A DNA stretch of 63,835 bases, the filler included, from Deltaproteobacteria bacterium (GTDB lineage Bacteria > JAEEML01), in NCBI GenBank assembly GCA_016283195.1. It is 6 parts of 6 records of this genome, joined end to end, with 100 filler letters (N's around TTAATTAATTAA, not from the genome) between each part and the next. Parts side by side here need not be neighbours in the genome. Positions count along the whole stretch, not along the records: positions 37,017 to 56,480 come from JAEEML010000130.1; positions 56,581 to 59,287 come from JAEEML010000134.1; 4 more parts are not named here. The stretch is one strand, 5' to 3'. Position numbers and translations under genes: made by a program. Numbering within the stretch: the stretch's first letter is position 1; every line of letters starts with the position of its first letter. Positions 49,272 to 58,379 of the stretch are shown one piece after another. The notes beneath the pieces were generated by a model. The model was not told where the DNA came from, did no database searches, and was given only the letters and a program-made list of their open reading frames with translations.

Positions 49272-50120
49272 ATGAAACGCTGGCAGCAAATAGTAGTGAG
49301 TTTACTACTAATGGCTGTCCCCCTGCTTGTCTTCATCAGCAGCAAACGGACGCCACAGGATCACACTCTGCTGGACAGAGTGGTGCTAACGGCTATTCTC
49401 CCCTTGCAACTGGGCGTTGAGACGCTTTTTGATAAAGCAGCAAGCGCGGTTAATTACTACGCCGACCTGCGCTATACTTATGAGGAAAACCAATTACTTA
49501 AAATTAAATTAGAGCAGCAGCGCATTATAAATCTCATGGCCAAAGAAGAGTATTTGGAGAATAAGCGCTTAAGAAAACTGCTTAATTTCAGCCATAATCC
49601 CGGCTTTTCTCATCTAACGGCCGAAGTGGTAGCCACCGGACCGAGCCCCTATTTTCACACTATAACTATAAATCGCGGTCTAAATGACGGCGTAACCCTT
49701 GGTGCAGCGGTAATTGTGCCCAGCGGCATTATTGGCCGCGTTGTGGCTCTGGCGCCCAAAAGTGCCGAGGTTTCGCTTTTAACCGATCCAAACTCTAGTT
49801 TTGATGTGCTGGTGCAAAGAACCAGAAGCCGCGGCCGCGCTGTGGGGCTGGGCGATGAAAACAGCTTTAGAGCCTCATTGGATTATATTCTGCGCACCGA
49901 TGATGTGGCTCTTGGCGATACTGTCATCACTTCGGGGCTTGATGGCCTTTTTCCTAAGGGCCTGCCTGTTGGCACCATTGTCGAAATTCACAAGCACCAC
50001 TTTGGCCTCCACCTGGAACTTATTTTAGAAGCGGCCGCCGATTTTGAACACCTTGAGGAGGTGCTTATTCTCCTGCCGCGAGAAGCTCCCAGTGATCCTT
50101 CTTTGGAGGCGGCTCCATGA
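49272..50120 (+). CDS. mreC: Rod shape-determining protein MreC
   Basis: ENKRLRKLL coiled coil, ITINRG, VITSGLDGLFPKGLPVG. Confidence 0.95.
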   Translation: MKRWQQIVVSLLLMAVPLLVFISSKRTPQDHTLLDRVVLTAILPLQLGVETLFDKAASAVNYYADLRYTYEENQLLKIKLEQQRIINLMAKEEYLENKRLRKLLNFSHNPGFSHLTAEVVATGPSPYFHTITINRGLNDGVTLGAAVIVPSGIIGRVVALAPKSAEVSLLTDPNSSFDVLVQRTRSRGRAVGLGDENSFRASLDYILRTDDVALGDTVITSGLDGLFPKGLPVGTIVEIHKHHFGLHLELILEAAADFEHLEEVLILLPREAPSDPSLEAAP

Positions 50121-50641
50121 AATGGCTTTTACTCATCCTTAGCCATCTGCTTTTAGCCGCTTTTTTTACCGCCACCGGACACGCTTTAAATATGTGGTCC
50201 ATCTTGCCGGTAATGTTTGTGCCTTTTTTGGTGTTCTGCGCCTTAAAGCGCTCTTTTTTTTCCACTTTGTTCTGGGCTATTGTCCTGGGCTATTTTTTAG
50301 ACCGCCTCTCGCTGGCACCAACCGGTTTTTATATGCTGCTTCTTACCTGGAATAGCGCTATTATTCATTTTATGGGTTCCTTAGCCAATATTCCCGAGCG
50401 CCTGGCCCTGGCTATATTTTCCACTATTTTACAGCTGCTCATTATGTTATCGGCCCGTCTTTTAATGGCTCTTAGCGGCCTTACTCTGGCCTATCCCAAT
50501 ACCATAAGCGCACTTATTTTTCCGGAGCTTATTCTGGCGGCCATACTGGCACTGTTGCTATTTCCCTGGTATAATTTTGTTTTTGGCCTAAACAGCAATC
50601 ACCATAGCCTTGAGGACAGATCTGATGTCTTTATTGGCTAA
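50117..50641 (+). CDS. mreD: Rod shape-determining protein MreD
   Basis: Hydrophobic 174-aa protein with a GYFLD motif between mreC and mrdA. Confidence 0.8.
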   Translation: MKWLLLILSHLLLAAFFTATGHALNMWSILPVMFVPFLVFCALKRSFFSTLFWAIVLGYFLDRLSLAPTGFYMLLLTWNSAIIHFMGSLANIPERLALAIFSTILQLLIMLSARLLMALSGLTLAYPNTISALIFPELILAAILALLLFPWYNFVFGLNSNHHSLEDRSDVFIG

Positions 50642-52607
50642 TTCTTCGCCGGGAACATCTGCCCACTATGAAAATAACTGGCTTATACTTGCCGGCTTTG
50701 CTTTTTGTGCTCTTTCGGCCATTTTAGTGATTATCGGCCGCCTCTATTTTTTGCAATTGGTGCGCGGCGAGGAATTTACCCAGCGCAGCGAAACAAATTT
50801 TATCCAAAAAAGCCGCCTCTCGGCCGATCGCGGTTTCATCTATGATAGTTACGGCCACTTACTGCTGGATAACCGCCCCACCCTGGATGTAACCATCACC
50901 GCCGCTTTCGTTAAAGACCAAAAAGCCACTTTAGAACAGCTGGCAACACTACTCTCTCTTGACGAAGCGACCATAAAATCTTTGGGAACCAAACTGCGCA
51001 AATTGCGCGGTCTGGATCGCTTTGTGCCCACTCTGGTAAAACGCGATATCACCTTTGACGAACTGGCAAAACTGGAAAATGCCCGCATGCTCGCCGGTCT
51101 AGACGGCGTGGATATTGAAGAAGGTCTGGCCCGCCGTTATCGCTATGGCAATAGCGCCGGCCATGTTTTGGGCTATATGAACGAAATAGGCCCCAAAGAA
51201 CTGGAGCAGCGCAAAAAAAGCGGCCAGGATTACCGCCAGGGTGATATGATTGGCCGCATGGGTTTGGAATCGCAATATGAAGAGCTTTTGCACGGCAAAA
51301 ACGGCTTTCGCCTCAATGCCGTCGATTCCCATGGGCGCCGTCTTAGAGGTCTCACCGGCCGCAAATTGTTACAGGGCATGATTTCCCAACATAATCCCGA
51401 GCCCGGTGAATCGCTTATTATCACTTTGGATATCGAATTACAGCAAGCGGCCGAAGAGGCTTTTAGGGAAAAGGGCGCTATAGAAGGCGCCATGGTGGTG
51501 GTGGATATCAATACCGGCTATATTCTGGCTATGGTCTCTCTGCCACTACTCGATGTGGAAAATATCTCCGGTAGTCCGCCGCCTTCCTTTTGGCAGGGGC
51601 TCATAAATAACCCCTATAAGCCGCTTTTAAATCGTACTATTCAAGAGCACTATTCGCCGGGCTCAACTTATAAGCCCATCACCGCTCTGGCCGGCCTTAA
51701 AAACGGGGCCATTACCACAAAAACCAAATATCACTGCCCGGGATTTTTCACTATGGGCCGTTCGCGCTGGCGCTGTTGGAACGACTGGGGCCACGGCAGC
51801 GAAGATTTACACAGCGCCATGAAGCACTCTTGCGATGTTTATTTTTACAATGTCGGCGCCGAAATTGGCCTCGATGCCCTGGCGGCCATGGCCGCTGATT
51901 TGGGCTTCGGCAAACGCAGCGGCCTGGAACTCGGCATCAGGAAAGCCCCAAACGGCCGTTTGTTATATGATGAACAACCGGGTATTATCCCCACCTCGGC
52001 CTACCGCGCCCGCACCAGCGGCGGCTACCAAAAAGGCGATGTGGTTAATAATTCCATAGGCCAAGGTGATACCAATGTCACTCCATTGCAACTGGCCATG
52101 GCTTACGCCACCATAGCCAACGGCGGCACTTTATTAAAACCGCAACTTTTACTGCGCACCGAAGATAGCCACGGAAAGTGGCATAATTTGGCTCACCCCA
52201 TTGTGCGCTCAAAATTGGCTATTGCCCCGGAAGACTTAGAAGCGGTGGTAAAAAGCATCTGCGCCGTGGTTGGCGAACCGGGCGGCGGAGTCTATCATAG
52301 GCGTTCTAAAAAACTGAATATCTGCGGCAAAACCGGCACGGCCCAGGTTATCCGCATCGGTAGGGAACGCATAAAAAAAGATGAAATGGAGTACCAAACC
52401 CGCGACAACGCCTGGTTTGCCGCCTTTGCTCCGGCCGAAGATCCGCAAATTGCCGTGGCCGTAGTCAACGAACATGGCGGCAGCGGCGGCAGTGCGGCAG
52501 CTCCCATCGCCATTAAAACTATTGAAGCCTGGTACGATTTAACCTTAAAAAGGGGCACCGGCCTCTCTTGGCATAAGCGCTGGATTATGTCCGGCGGCGA
52601 GGAATAA
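50625..52607 (+). CDS. mrdA: Penicillin-binding protein 2
   Basis: RGFIYD, YSPGSTYK (SxxK), SCD, KTGTAQ. Confidence 0.96.
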   Translation: MSLLANSSPGTSAHYENNWLILAGFAFCALSAILVIIGRLYFLQLVRGEEFTQRSETNFIQKSRLSADRGFIYDSYGHLLLDNRPTLDVTITAAFVKDQKATLEQLATLLSLDEATIKSLGTKLRKLRGLDRFVPTLVKRDITFDELAKLENARMLAGLDGVDIEEGLARRYRYGNSAGHVLGYMNEIGPKELEQRKKSGQDYRQGDMIGRMGLESQYEELLHGKNGFRLNAVDSHGRRLRGLTGRKLLQGMISQHNPEPGESLIITLDIELQQAAEEAFREKGAIEGAMVVVDINTGYILAMVSLPLLDVENISGSPPPSFWQGLINNPYKPLLNRTIQEHYSPGSTYKPITALAGLKNGAITTKTKYHCPGFFTMGRSRWRCWNDWGHGSEDLHSAMKHSCDVYFYNVGAEIGLDALAAMAADLGFGKRSGLELGIRKAPNGRLLYDEQPGIIPTSAYRARTSGGYQKGDVVNNSIGQGDTNVTPLQLAMAYATIANGGTLLKPQLLLRTEDSHGKWHNLAHPIVRSKLAIAPEDLEAVVKSICAVVGEPGGGVYHRRSKKLNICGKTGTAQVIRIGRERIKKDEMEYQTRDNAWFAAFAPAEDPQIAVAVVNEHGGSGGSAAAPIAIKTIEAWYDLTLKRGTGLSWHKRWIMSGGEE

Positions 52608-52610
52608 GCG

Positions 52611-54239
52611 ATGTCTCTCTTTGCCCGTCTTTTGCGTATTCGCTGGCCGCTCTTTTTTGCTGTCCTGGCCGTTTGCCTGCTCGGCATATATAATTTGGAA
52701 TCGGCAGCCCGCAGCACCAATCCCGATCTTTACCTCACTCAGCTTCTTTGGCTGGGGCTCGGCGTTGTTACCGCGCTCTCGTGCGCGCTCATAAATTACC
52801 GCTTTACCCGTTATTTTGCTTACTTTATTTATGGGGTTATCTCTTTTTTACTGGTACTCACCCTGGTAAAGGGCACGCCCATTAACGGTGCTAGGCGCTG
52901 GATTAATTTAGGCTTTATGAATCTGCAAGCCTCAGAGCTCATGAAAGTTGCTATAATTATTACTCTTGCGCATTATTTAAGCCAGCATTGGGTGGGCAAA
53001 AAAATGACGCTTAGAGAGCTTTTAAGGCCTTTAAATATCTCCCGCCCTCTAGCCATCACCGCTATCATTATTTTTAAACTAAAAGCCCCCTTTATGCTGG
53101 ATCCTTTGGGCGAACTAGCGCGGCTCACGCGTAAAAAACTGGCTGCCCCCCCTGTCCCGGCCGAATTTTTGTGGTTTAGAATAACAATTATTTTAATAAT
53201 AACCGCTATTTTAGTTACTTTTATCATCTTGCGCATACTCTCGGCCAGGCGCCCTGATTTGGTAAACCCGGTGAGTAAATCGGCTGTGCGTTTGCAAATT
53301 ATCTCGGCCTCTTTTATAGCCCTTGGCCTCTCTTTATATATTGTTTTCACCAAAAGCGCCTTTATCCGCGACCCGGTAGCCTATATTTTAGCTACATTTT
53401 ACCGTGAAAGCGGGCCCGGCGGAGTTTACGAACAATTTACTCCACACTACTGGCTACCTGTAATTCTCTTTTTATTATCCGCTATTTACCTCATTTTATG
53501 CCTTCTTTTAATCAGAGCCCGAGGCTGGCAAACCCAGCGCGACCTCATCGCTCCCATAGATATTATCGGCCTGCCGGCGCTGCTCATTCTTGTTGAGCCT
53601 GATTTGGGCACCACCCTCATTTATTTGGCTATTGCCGGCACTATGTTGCTCTATTCCGGCGTCAACAGGCGTTCTCTCGCCATCTTGTTTATTGCCATGG
53701 TCTTTGGCGCCGGTATTGCCTGGATGGGCATATTAAAGGATTACCAACGTCAACGCATCACCACTTTTTTGGACCCCGAGCAGGATGCCAAGGGCTCCGG
53801 CTACCACTCCATCCAATCACTGATTGCCGTGGGCTCCGGCAAACTTTTTGGCAAGGGGCATGGTGGGGGAACCCAAACACAGCTGCGTTTTTTGCCGGAG
53901 CAGCACACCGATTTTGCCTTTAGCGTCTGGGCCGAAGAAATGGGCTTTATGGGCTGCCTTTTGCTGCTTTTTTGCTATGCTCTTTTAATAGCTCTTTTGC
54001 TCTGGACCGCCTACAAAGCCGCCGATGCCTATGGCAGCCTGCTCTGTGTGGGCACCACCGCCTTCATTTTCTGGCACATGGTGATAAATATCGGCATGGT
54101 CACCGGCCTCCTGCCCGTTGTCGGTGTAACTTTACCCTTTTTTAGCTACGGCGGCTCATCGCTCGTCACTCTCTGGCTAACTATTGGCCTCACTCTCTCC
54201 GTATCCATCCCGGAGCGTTTCTTCGACGGCGCGCAGTAA
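52611..54239 (+). CDS. rodA: SEDS peptidoglycan glycosyltransferase RodA with a large internal insertion
   Basis: GARRWI, QASELMK, EPDLGT, YQRQRI, GSGYH, LPEQHTDF, GVTLPFFSYGGSS. Confidence 0.95.
   Translation: MSLFARLLRIRWPLFFAVLAVCLLGIYNLESAARSTNPDLYLTQLLWLGLGVVTALSCALINYRFTRYFAYFIYGVISFLLVLTLVKGTPINGARRWINLGFMNLQASELMKVAIIITLAHYLSQHWVGKKMTLRELLRPLNISRPLAITAIIIFKLKAPFMLDPLGELARLTRKKLAAPPVPAEFLWFRITIILIITAILVTFIILRILSARRPDLVNPVSKSAVRLQIISASFIALGLSLYIVFTKSAFIRDPVAYILATFYRESGPGGVYEQFTPHYWLPVILFLLSAIYLILCLLLIRARGWQTQRDLIAPIDIIGLPALLILVEPDLGTTLIYLAIAGTMLLYSGVNRRSLAILFIAMVFGAGIAWMGILKDYQRQRITTFLDPEQDAKGSGYHSIQSLIAVGSGKLFGKGHGGGTQTQLRFLPEQHTDFAFSVWAEEMGFMGCLLLLFCYALLIALLLWTAYKAADAYGSLLCVGTTAFIFWHMVINIGMVTGLLPVVGVTLPFFSYGGSSLVTLWLTIGLTLSVSIPERFFDGAQ
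54201..54238 (+). repeat. Direct repeat copy 1 (att-like; 3' end of rodA)
   Basis: GTATCCATCCCGGAGCGTTTCTTCGACGGCGCGCAGTA is identical to 55556-55593. Confidence 0.95.
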
Positions 54240-54326
54240 TTTTCTAATCTGACTTCTTTTCGACCAAAGATTAATTAGCGAGACGTGTCCAAAAATTAAT
54301 TGGTTGTCACAACCCAAAAATTTTCC

Positions 54327-54355
54327 TTGACTTTTGGCTAATTGCTCCGCATGAT
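54327..54355 (+). promoter_or_regulatory. Candidate sigma-70 promoter inside the islet
   Basis: TTGACT-17nt-CATGAT; AAGGAG RBS before 54420. Confidence 0.45.
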
Positions 54356-54419
54356 ACCACTTAATTCCTTAAAGCTGGTGCCTAAAGTGCCGAGCTATTT
54401 TGTCTAAAGGAGAGAAAAG

Positions 54420-55034
54420 ATGGCAAAACGAAGTCGAAGGCTAATTTGTGGGCTCTTAGCACTACTGTGGTTTTTAGTGCCACACAGTGCAGATGCGCGA
54501 ATCGTTATCAACGAGGTTATGGGCAAGCCGCTTCATCAAAGTACCGCCGGGCGTTATGAATTTATTGAACTTTATAATAGCGGCAATGCTGTAGTTGATA
54601 TAAGTGGCTACATTCTGACGGATTCTGCCGATTATGCCGATATGTGCAGCGACCCTTTACCAACCAGCACAGCAGATCACGAGGGCTTTTTCATCATTCC
54701 AAGTGGTACTTACATCGGAGCTAATGACTATCTAACCCTATGGCACACAGCTATTCCCGGAGTAACGGACAACAATAAGAGTGTTGTTTACTCCGGTGCC
54801 AACGTTGCCAGTATTGTTATTAACGACCATGGTGATGATCTTCATATCCTACGTTGCCAGAATGGCACACCAGTGGTGGTTGATGAGTTTGTTTTTTCTT
54901 TTGATTTCAACCCTAATATTTCTTTAGAAAGGGTATCAGCCGATGATTCCAGCAATAATATGTCAAACTGGTATGAATCAATAAAATTCACTGAAGAAGA
55001 TACTGAAGGAGCAACCGATTACATAAGAGGATGA
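54420..55034 (+). CDS. Secreted lamin-tail-domain (LTD) protein, possibly truncated
   Basis: Signal peptide (SADA), IVINEVM, EFIELYNSG..VDISGY.LTD, NDHGD, SLER. Confidence 0.8.
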   Translation: MAKRSRRLICGLLALLWFLVPHSADARIVINEVMGKPLHQSTAGRYEFIELYNSGNAVVDISGYILTDSADYADMCSDPLPTSTADHEGFFIIPSGTYIGANDYLTLWHTAIPGVTDNNKSVVYSGANVASIVINDHGDDLHILRCQNGTPVVVDEFVFSFDFNPNISLERVSADDSSNNMSNWYESIKFTEEDTEGATDYIRG

Positions 55035-55453
55035 GTAGCAATATTTTGAAAATACTTTGTGGGAGTATTCTCATTTGTTTCGGTACAATTACTTCTTGTT
55101 GCAGCACAGAAGAATGTGGTGCTATGCCCATAATGATTTGTATTTCAACAATCGATGCGCAGAATGTACCTTTCAAAACTTATTTGCGAAACGAAGAAGG
55201 CCTGATTTTAACAGAAAACTCACCAATCCAATTTTCTAATGGCCGATATTCAAATTGCACTACAATGTCATGGAGAAATGATGGGTCCTACGAATTAAAA
55301 GTAGAAAGTAATGGCTACAAGCCATATATTGGACAAGTGGAGGTGGTTCATGATTACTGTGGACGCCCTCTTACCAATATATATCAAATTGTACTAGACA
55401 AAGAAAACCAGTCTATTCAACAGTCGCATATTCAAAAGGATAATTGCTTATAG
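55031..55453 (+). CDS. Hypothetical lipoprotein-like protein
   Basis: Hydrophobic N-terminus ending ITSCC; ATGA overlap with the LTD gene; GSYELKVESNGY beta-sandwich-like motif. Confidence 0.65.
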   Translation: MSSNILKILCGSILICFGTITSCCSTEECGAMPIMICISTIDAQNVPFKTYLRNEEGLILTENSPIQFSNGRYSNCTTMSWRNDGSYELKVESNGYKPYIGQVEVVHDYCGRPLTNIYQIVLDKENQSIQQSHIQKDNCL

Positions 55454-55555
55454 CCCCTGCTGTCCTACACCTTTCGTAACAATCAAAGCACCATAGTTTC
55501 AATAAAGCAGGATATCTGAGAGATTCATGCTCCTAAAAGGACTAACATCCTCTCT

Positions 55556-55593
55556 GTATCCATCCCGGAGCGTTTCTTCGACGGCGCGCAGTA
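55556..55593 (+). repeat. Direct repeat copy 2 (att-like)
   Basis: Identical to 54201-54238; extends to 44 bp with one mismatch. Confidence 0.95.
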
Positions 55594-55713
55594 GAAAGCA
55601 CCAACAACTTTCTTGCCAAACCAAATTCATTTTGCTATCGTTCCGCCAGCCTGCCCGAGAGACTGATGGCTGGTCTCGTCGGCGCCGGGCAATCACCAAT
55701 TATGGAGGTTTTC

Positions 55714-56480
55714 ATGTTGAGTCACGATGGAAGCAAAAGAACCACAAACGCTAAATTACTGAGCTGGGTTGATGAAATGGCCGCCCTTTGCGAGCCGGAT
55801 GCCATTTACTGGTGCGACGGTTCCGAAGAAGAAGCGCAAAGATTATACGATGAGCAAGTTAAAAAAGGCTCTTTTATTAAATTAAACGAAGAAAAACGCC
55901 CAGGTTGCTACCTCGTGCGCTCCCATCCCAGTGACGTGGCCCGCGTGGAAAAACGCACTTTCATCTGCACCAAAACCAAAGAGGGCGCCGGCCCCACCAA
56001 TAACTGGGTTGACCCGGACGAAATGCGCGCCACTCTTAAAAAATGCTTCAAAGGCTCCATGCACGGCCGCACCATGTATATCATTCCATTCTGCATGGGC
56101 CCCTTGGGTGCCGATGCTGCCCAAATCGGCGTGGAAATTACCGATTCTCCTTATGTTGTGCTCAATATGCGCATTATGACCCGCATGGGCCAAAAAGTGC
56201 TCGATGTTCTTGGCGATAAGTTCTTTGTGCCCTGTATGCACTCTGTGGGTTACCCCTTGGATAACCGCCCCGATAAACCTTGGCCCTGTGCCGAAAATGT
56301 CGATGACAAATATATCGTCCAGTTCCCCGAAACTTATGAAATCTGGTCCTTTGGTTCAGGCTACGGCGGCAACGCCCTCTTAGGTAAAAAATGCTTTGCT
56401 CTGCGCATCGGTTCCGCTATGGCCCGCGATCAGGGCTGGCTGGCTGAGCACATGCTCATCCTCGATGTGGAAGATCCCAA
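55714..56480 (+). CDS. pckG: Phosphoenolpyruvate carboxykinase (GTP), 3' truncated
   Basis: [56 protein letters not shown]. Confidence 0.97.
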
Positions 56481-56580
56481 NNNNNNNNNNNNNNNNNNNN
56501 NNNNNNNNNNNNNNNNNNNNNNNNTTAATTAATTAANNNNNNNNNNNNNNNNNNNNNNNNNNNNNNNNNNNNNNNNNNNN
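56481..56580. other. Artificial contig spacer
   Basis: 100-nt N-run with TTAATTAATTAA. Confidence 0.98.
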
Positions 56581-56903
56581 AAGGCTTTTCAGGAAAGAAT
56601 TGCGAGGACTGTGCCGAGGGCTATTATGGTTCGTCCTGCACCAAGTGCCCGGTTTGTAACAAAGAAAATGAATGCAATGGCACGTGTAAATCCGGTAAAA
56701 CCGGTGAAGGCCTAGTCTGCGATTGGGGTTATGAGTTAAGCACTGGTTGCACCACCTGCCAAAATGGGTTTAAGTTTTTTACTCCAGAGCCTGGATATCC
56801 TCGCATGTGTTTGATTCCATGCAATTCTAATGCCAATTGTCCAGCTGGTGTAGAATGCTATGACCCGCCGAACCCCAGCTACTGTATGAAGTACCATGAA
56901 TGA
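56581..56903 (+). CDS. C-terminal fragment of an EGF/laminin-like Cys-rich protein (not in the ORF track)
   Basis: Frame from 56583: GFSGKNCEDCAEGYYGSSCTKCPVC...CLIPCNSNANCPAGVECYDPPNPSYCMKYHE-stop. Confidence 0.8.
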
Positions 56904-57174
56904 TAATCATTCCCCCACCAATTCAATCCAGGAAATATAAGCTGAGCCCTCCCCGAAACTGCGGTGGCTAGTGGTGGTCAGCTGACTAATAGCTCTACCC
57001 TGTTCACTAAGGCGCCACTGCGCCCCACTTGAGCCTATTGGTGGAGCTTTTTAATCTGCACAAAAACCTGGGGCGGAAAGAGTGAAAATGTGCTATAATG
57101 CGCGGCGGAGTTGTCTGCGCCTGAAAGCCGGCCGGCTCTAAAAGGTAAGCCAATTTAATATTACGGAGTAACGC

Positions 57175-58356
57175 ATGGAATTTCTTCACGAAAAGCTGAG
57201 CAATTTAAAAACCAAAGTACAAAATAACGAGCCTGTCACCATTATGATTATCGGCCTGGGCAGCGTGGGTACTTTTTTGCTGGATTTTCTTATAAGCCTC
57301 GCTGATCCGCAGCTTAAAATAGTTGTGGCCGGCCGTAATGCGGCCAAAATGCAGATGGATGTGAATATTGTGCGCACAGCCGCTGCCATCCGCCGTGAGC
57401 TGCGGAGCCCGGTGGAGATCATCGGCGACTGCGATTTAAACGATGTGGCCAGCGTGGCCAAGGCCATTAAAAAAGCCAGCCCCGACTTTATCGTCAATAG
57501 TAGCCGCGTCTATTCCGGCCTGAAATACGGCAGCATTTCCTGGAGCAATTTGCGGGCTTATGGCATTTGGTCGCCTCTTGCCATCCGCTATGCCAAAAAT
57601 ATCATGGCCGCCTATAAAGAGGCCGGCAGTAAAGCCATAACCATCAACACCTCCTATTCCGATGCCGTTATTCCCTGGCTCAAAGCGGCAGGAAAGCCCT
57701 ATTTTGATTTTGGTAGCGGCAATTTAAATCACCTCATTCCGCGCATGAAGTTTTTTATGGCCGCTAAATATGGCATCAATAATTTAAACGATATTGATGT
57801 CACTCTGGCTGTCAGCCATTTTCATGATGTGGTTATCTCCAAAGAGGGCCAGGCCGAAGGGCAAAAATTACTGCTTAATTTCAAACATAACGGCAAAGAT
57901 CTGCCCTTTAATCAGGATGAGCTCTTAAAAGCCTGCGCTATTCCCATGCCCACCGACCAAAAGCGCAACATGATGAACGCTTCCAGCAATTTTGATATAA
58001 TTACGGCTATTTTAACGGCTCTTCGCGAGAACAAAGTGACCAAAATTCATGCCCCGGGCGCCTTTGGCGAAATTGGCGGCTATCCGGTTTTAATTGACGG
58101 CAATTTCGCCAAAGCCTCTTTTGATACCGCACTCTTTAGCCTGGAAGAGATGCGCAAAGCCAACCGTAAATCCATTTATCTGGACGGCATAGAGAATGTG
58201 GAAAGCGGCACTCTCACCTATACCGATGAGCTTTTGGCTAAAGTTAAAAAGGCCTTTAATGTGGAGCTTCCCAAGAAGGTCGCCTTTGAAGACATCGAAA
58301 AAACCGCCGATTTTATTATAAAAAATATTATAGAGCCCTTTGCGCCACAGAAATAA
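57175..58356 (+). CDS. NAD(P)-binding Rossmann-fold protein (saccharopine dehydrogenase-like)
   Basis: IMIIGLGSVG glycine motif, VVAGRN, APGAFGEIGGYPV; TGCTATAAT upstream. Confidence 0.7.
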   Translation: MEFLHEKLSNLKTKVQNNEPVTIMIIGLGSVGTFLLDFLISLADPQLKIVVAGRNAAKMQMDVNIVRTAAAIRRELRSPVEIIGDCDLNDVASVAKAIKKASPDFIVNSSRVYSGLKYGSISWSNLRAYGIWSPLAIRYAKNIMAAYKEAGSKAITINTSYSDAVIPWLKAAGKPYFDFGSGNLNHLIPRMKFFMAAKYGINNLNDIDVTLAVSHFHDVVISKEGQAEGQKLLLNFKHNGKDLPFNQDELLKACAIPMPTDQKRNMMNASSNFDIITAILTALRENKVTKIHAPGAFGEIGGYPVLIDGNFAKASFDTALFSLEEMRKANRKSIYLDGIENVESGTLTYTDELLAKVKKAFNVELPKKVAFEDIEKTADFIIKNIIEPFAPQK

Positions 58357-58379
58357 AACCCAAGCTTTTAATTAAAAAT

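Larger units (their letters stand above)
54239..55593. mobile_element. Genomic islet integrated at the rodA 3' end (no integrase)
   Basis: Bounded by a 38-bp direct repeat; visibly more AT-rich than the flanks; two cargo ORFs. Confidence 0.7.

Noticed and set aside
55632-55692. GC-rich stem-loop in the pckG leader as a riboswitch
   Set aside because: Pairing is possible (TGCCCG/CGGGCA, GAGAC/GTCTC), but I recognise no aptamer consensus and cannot test covariation.
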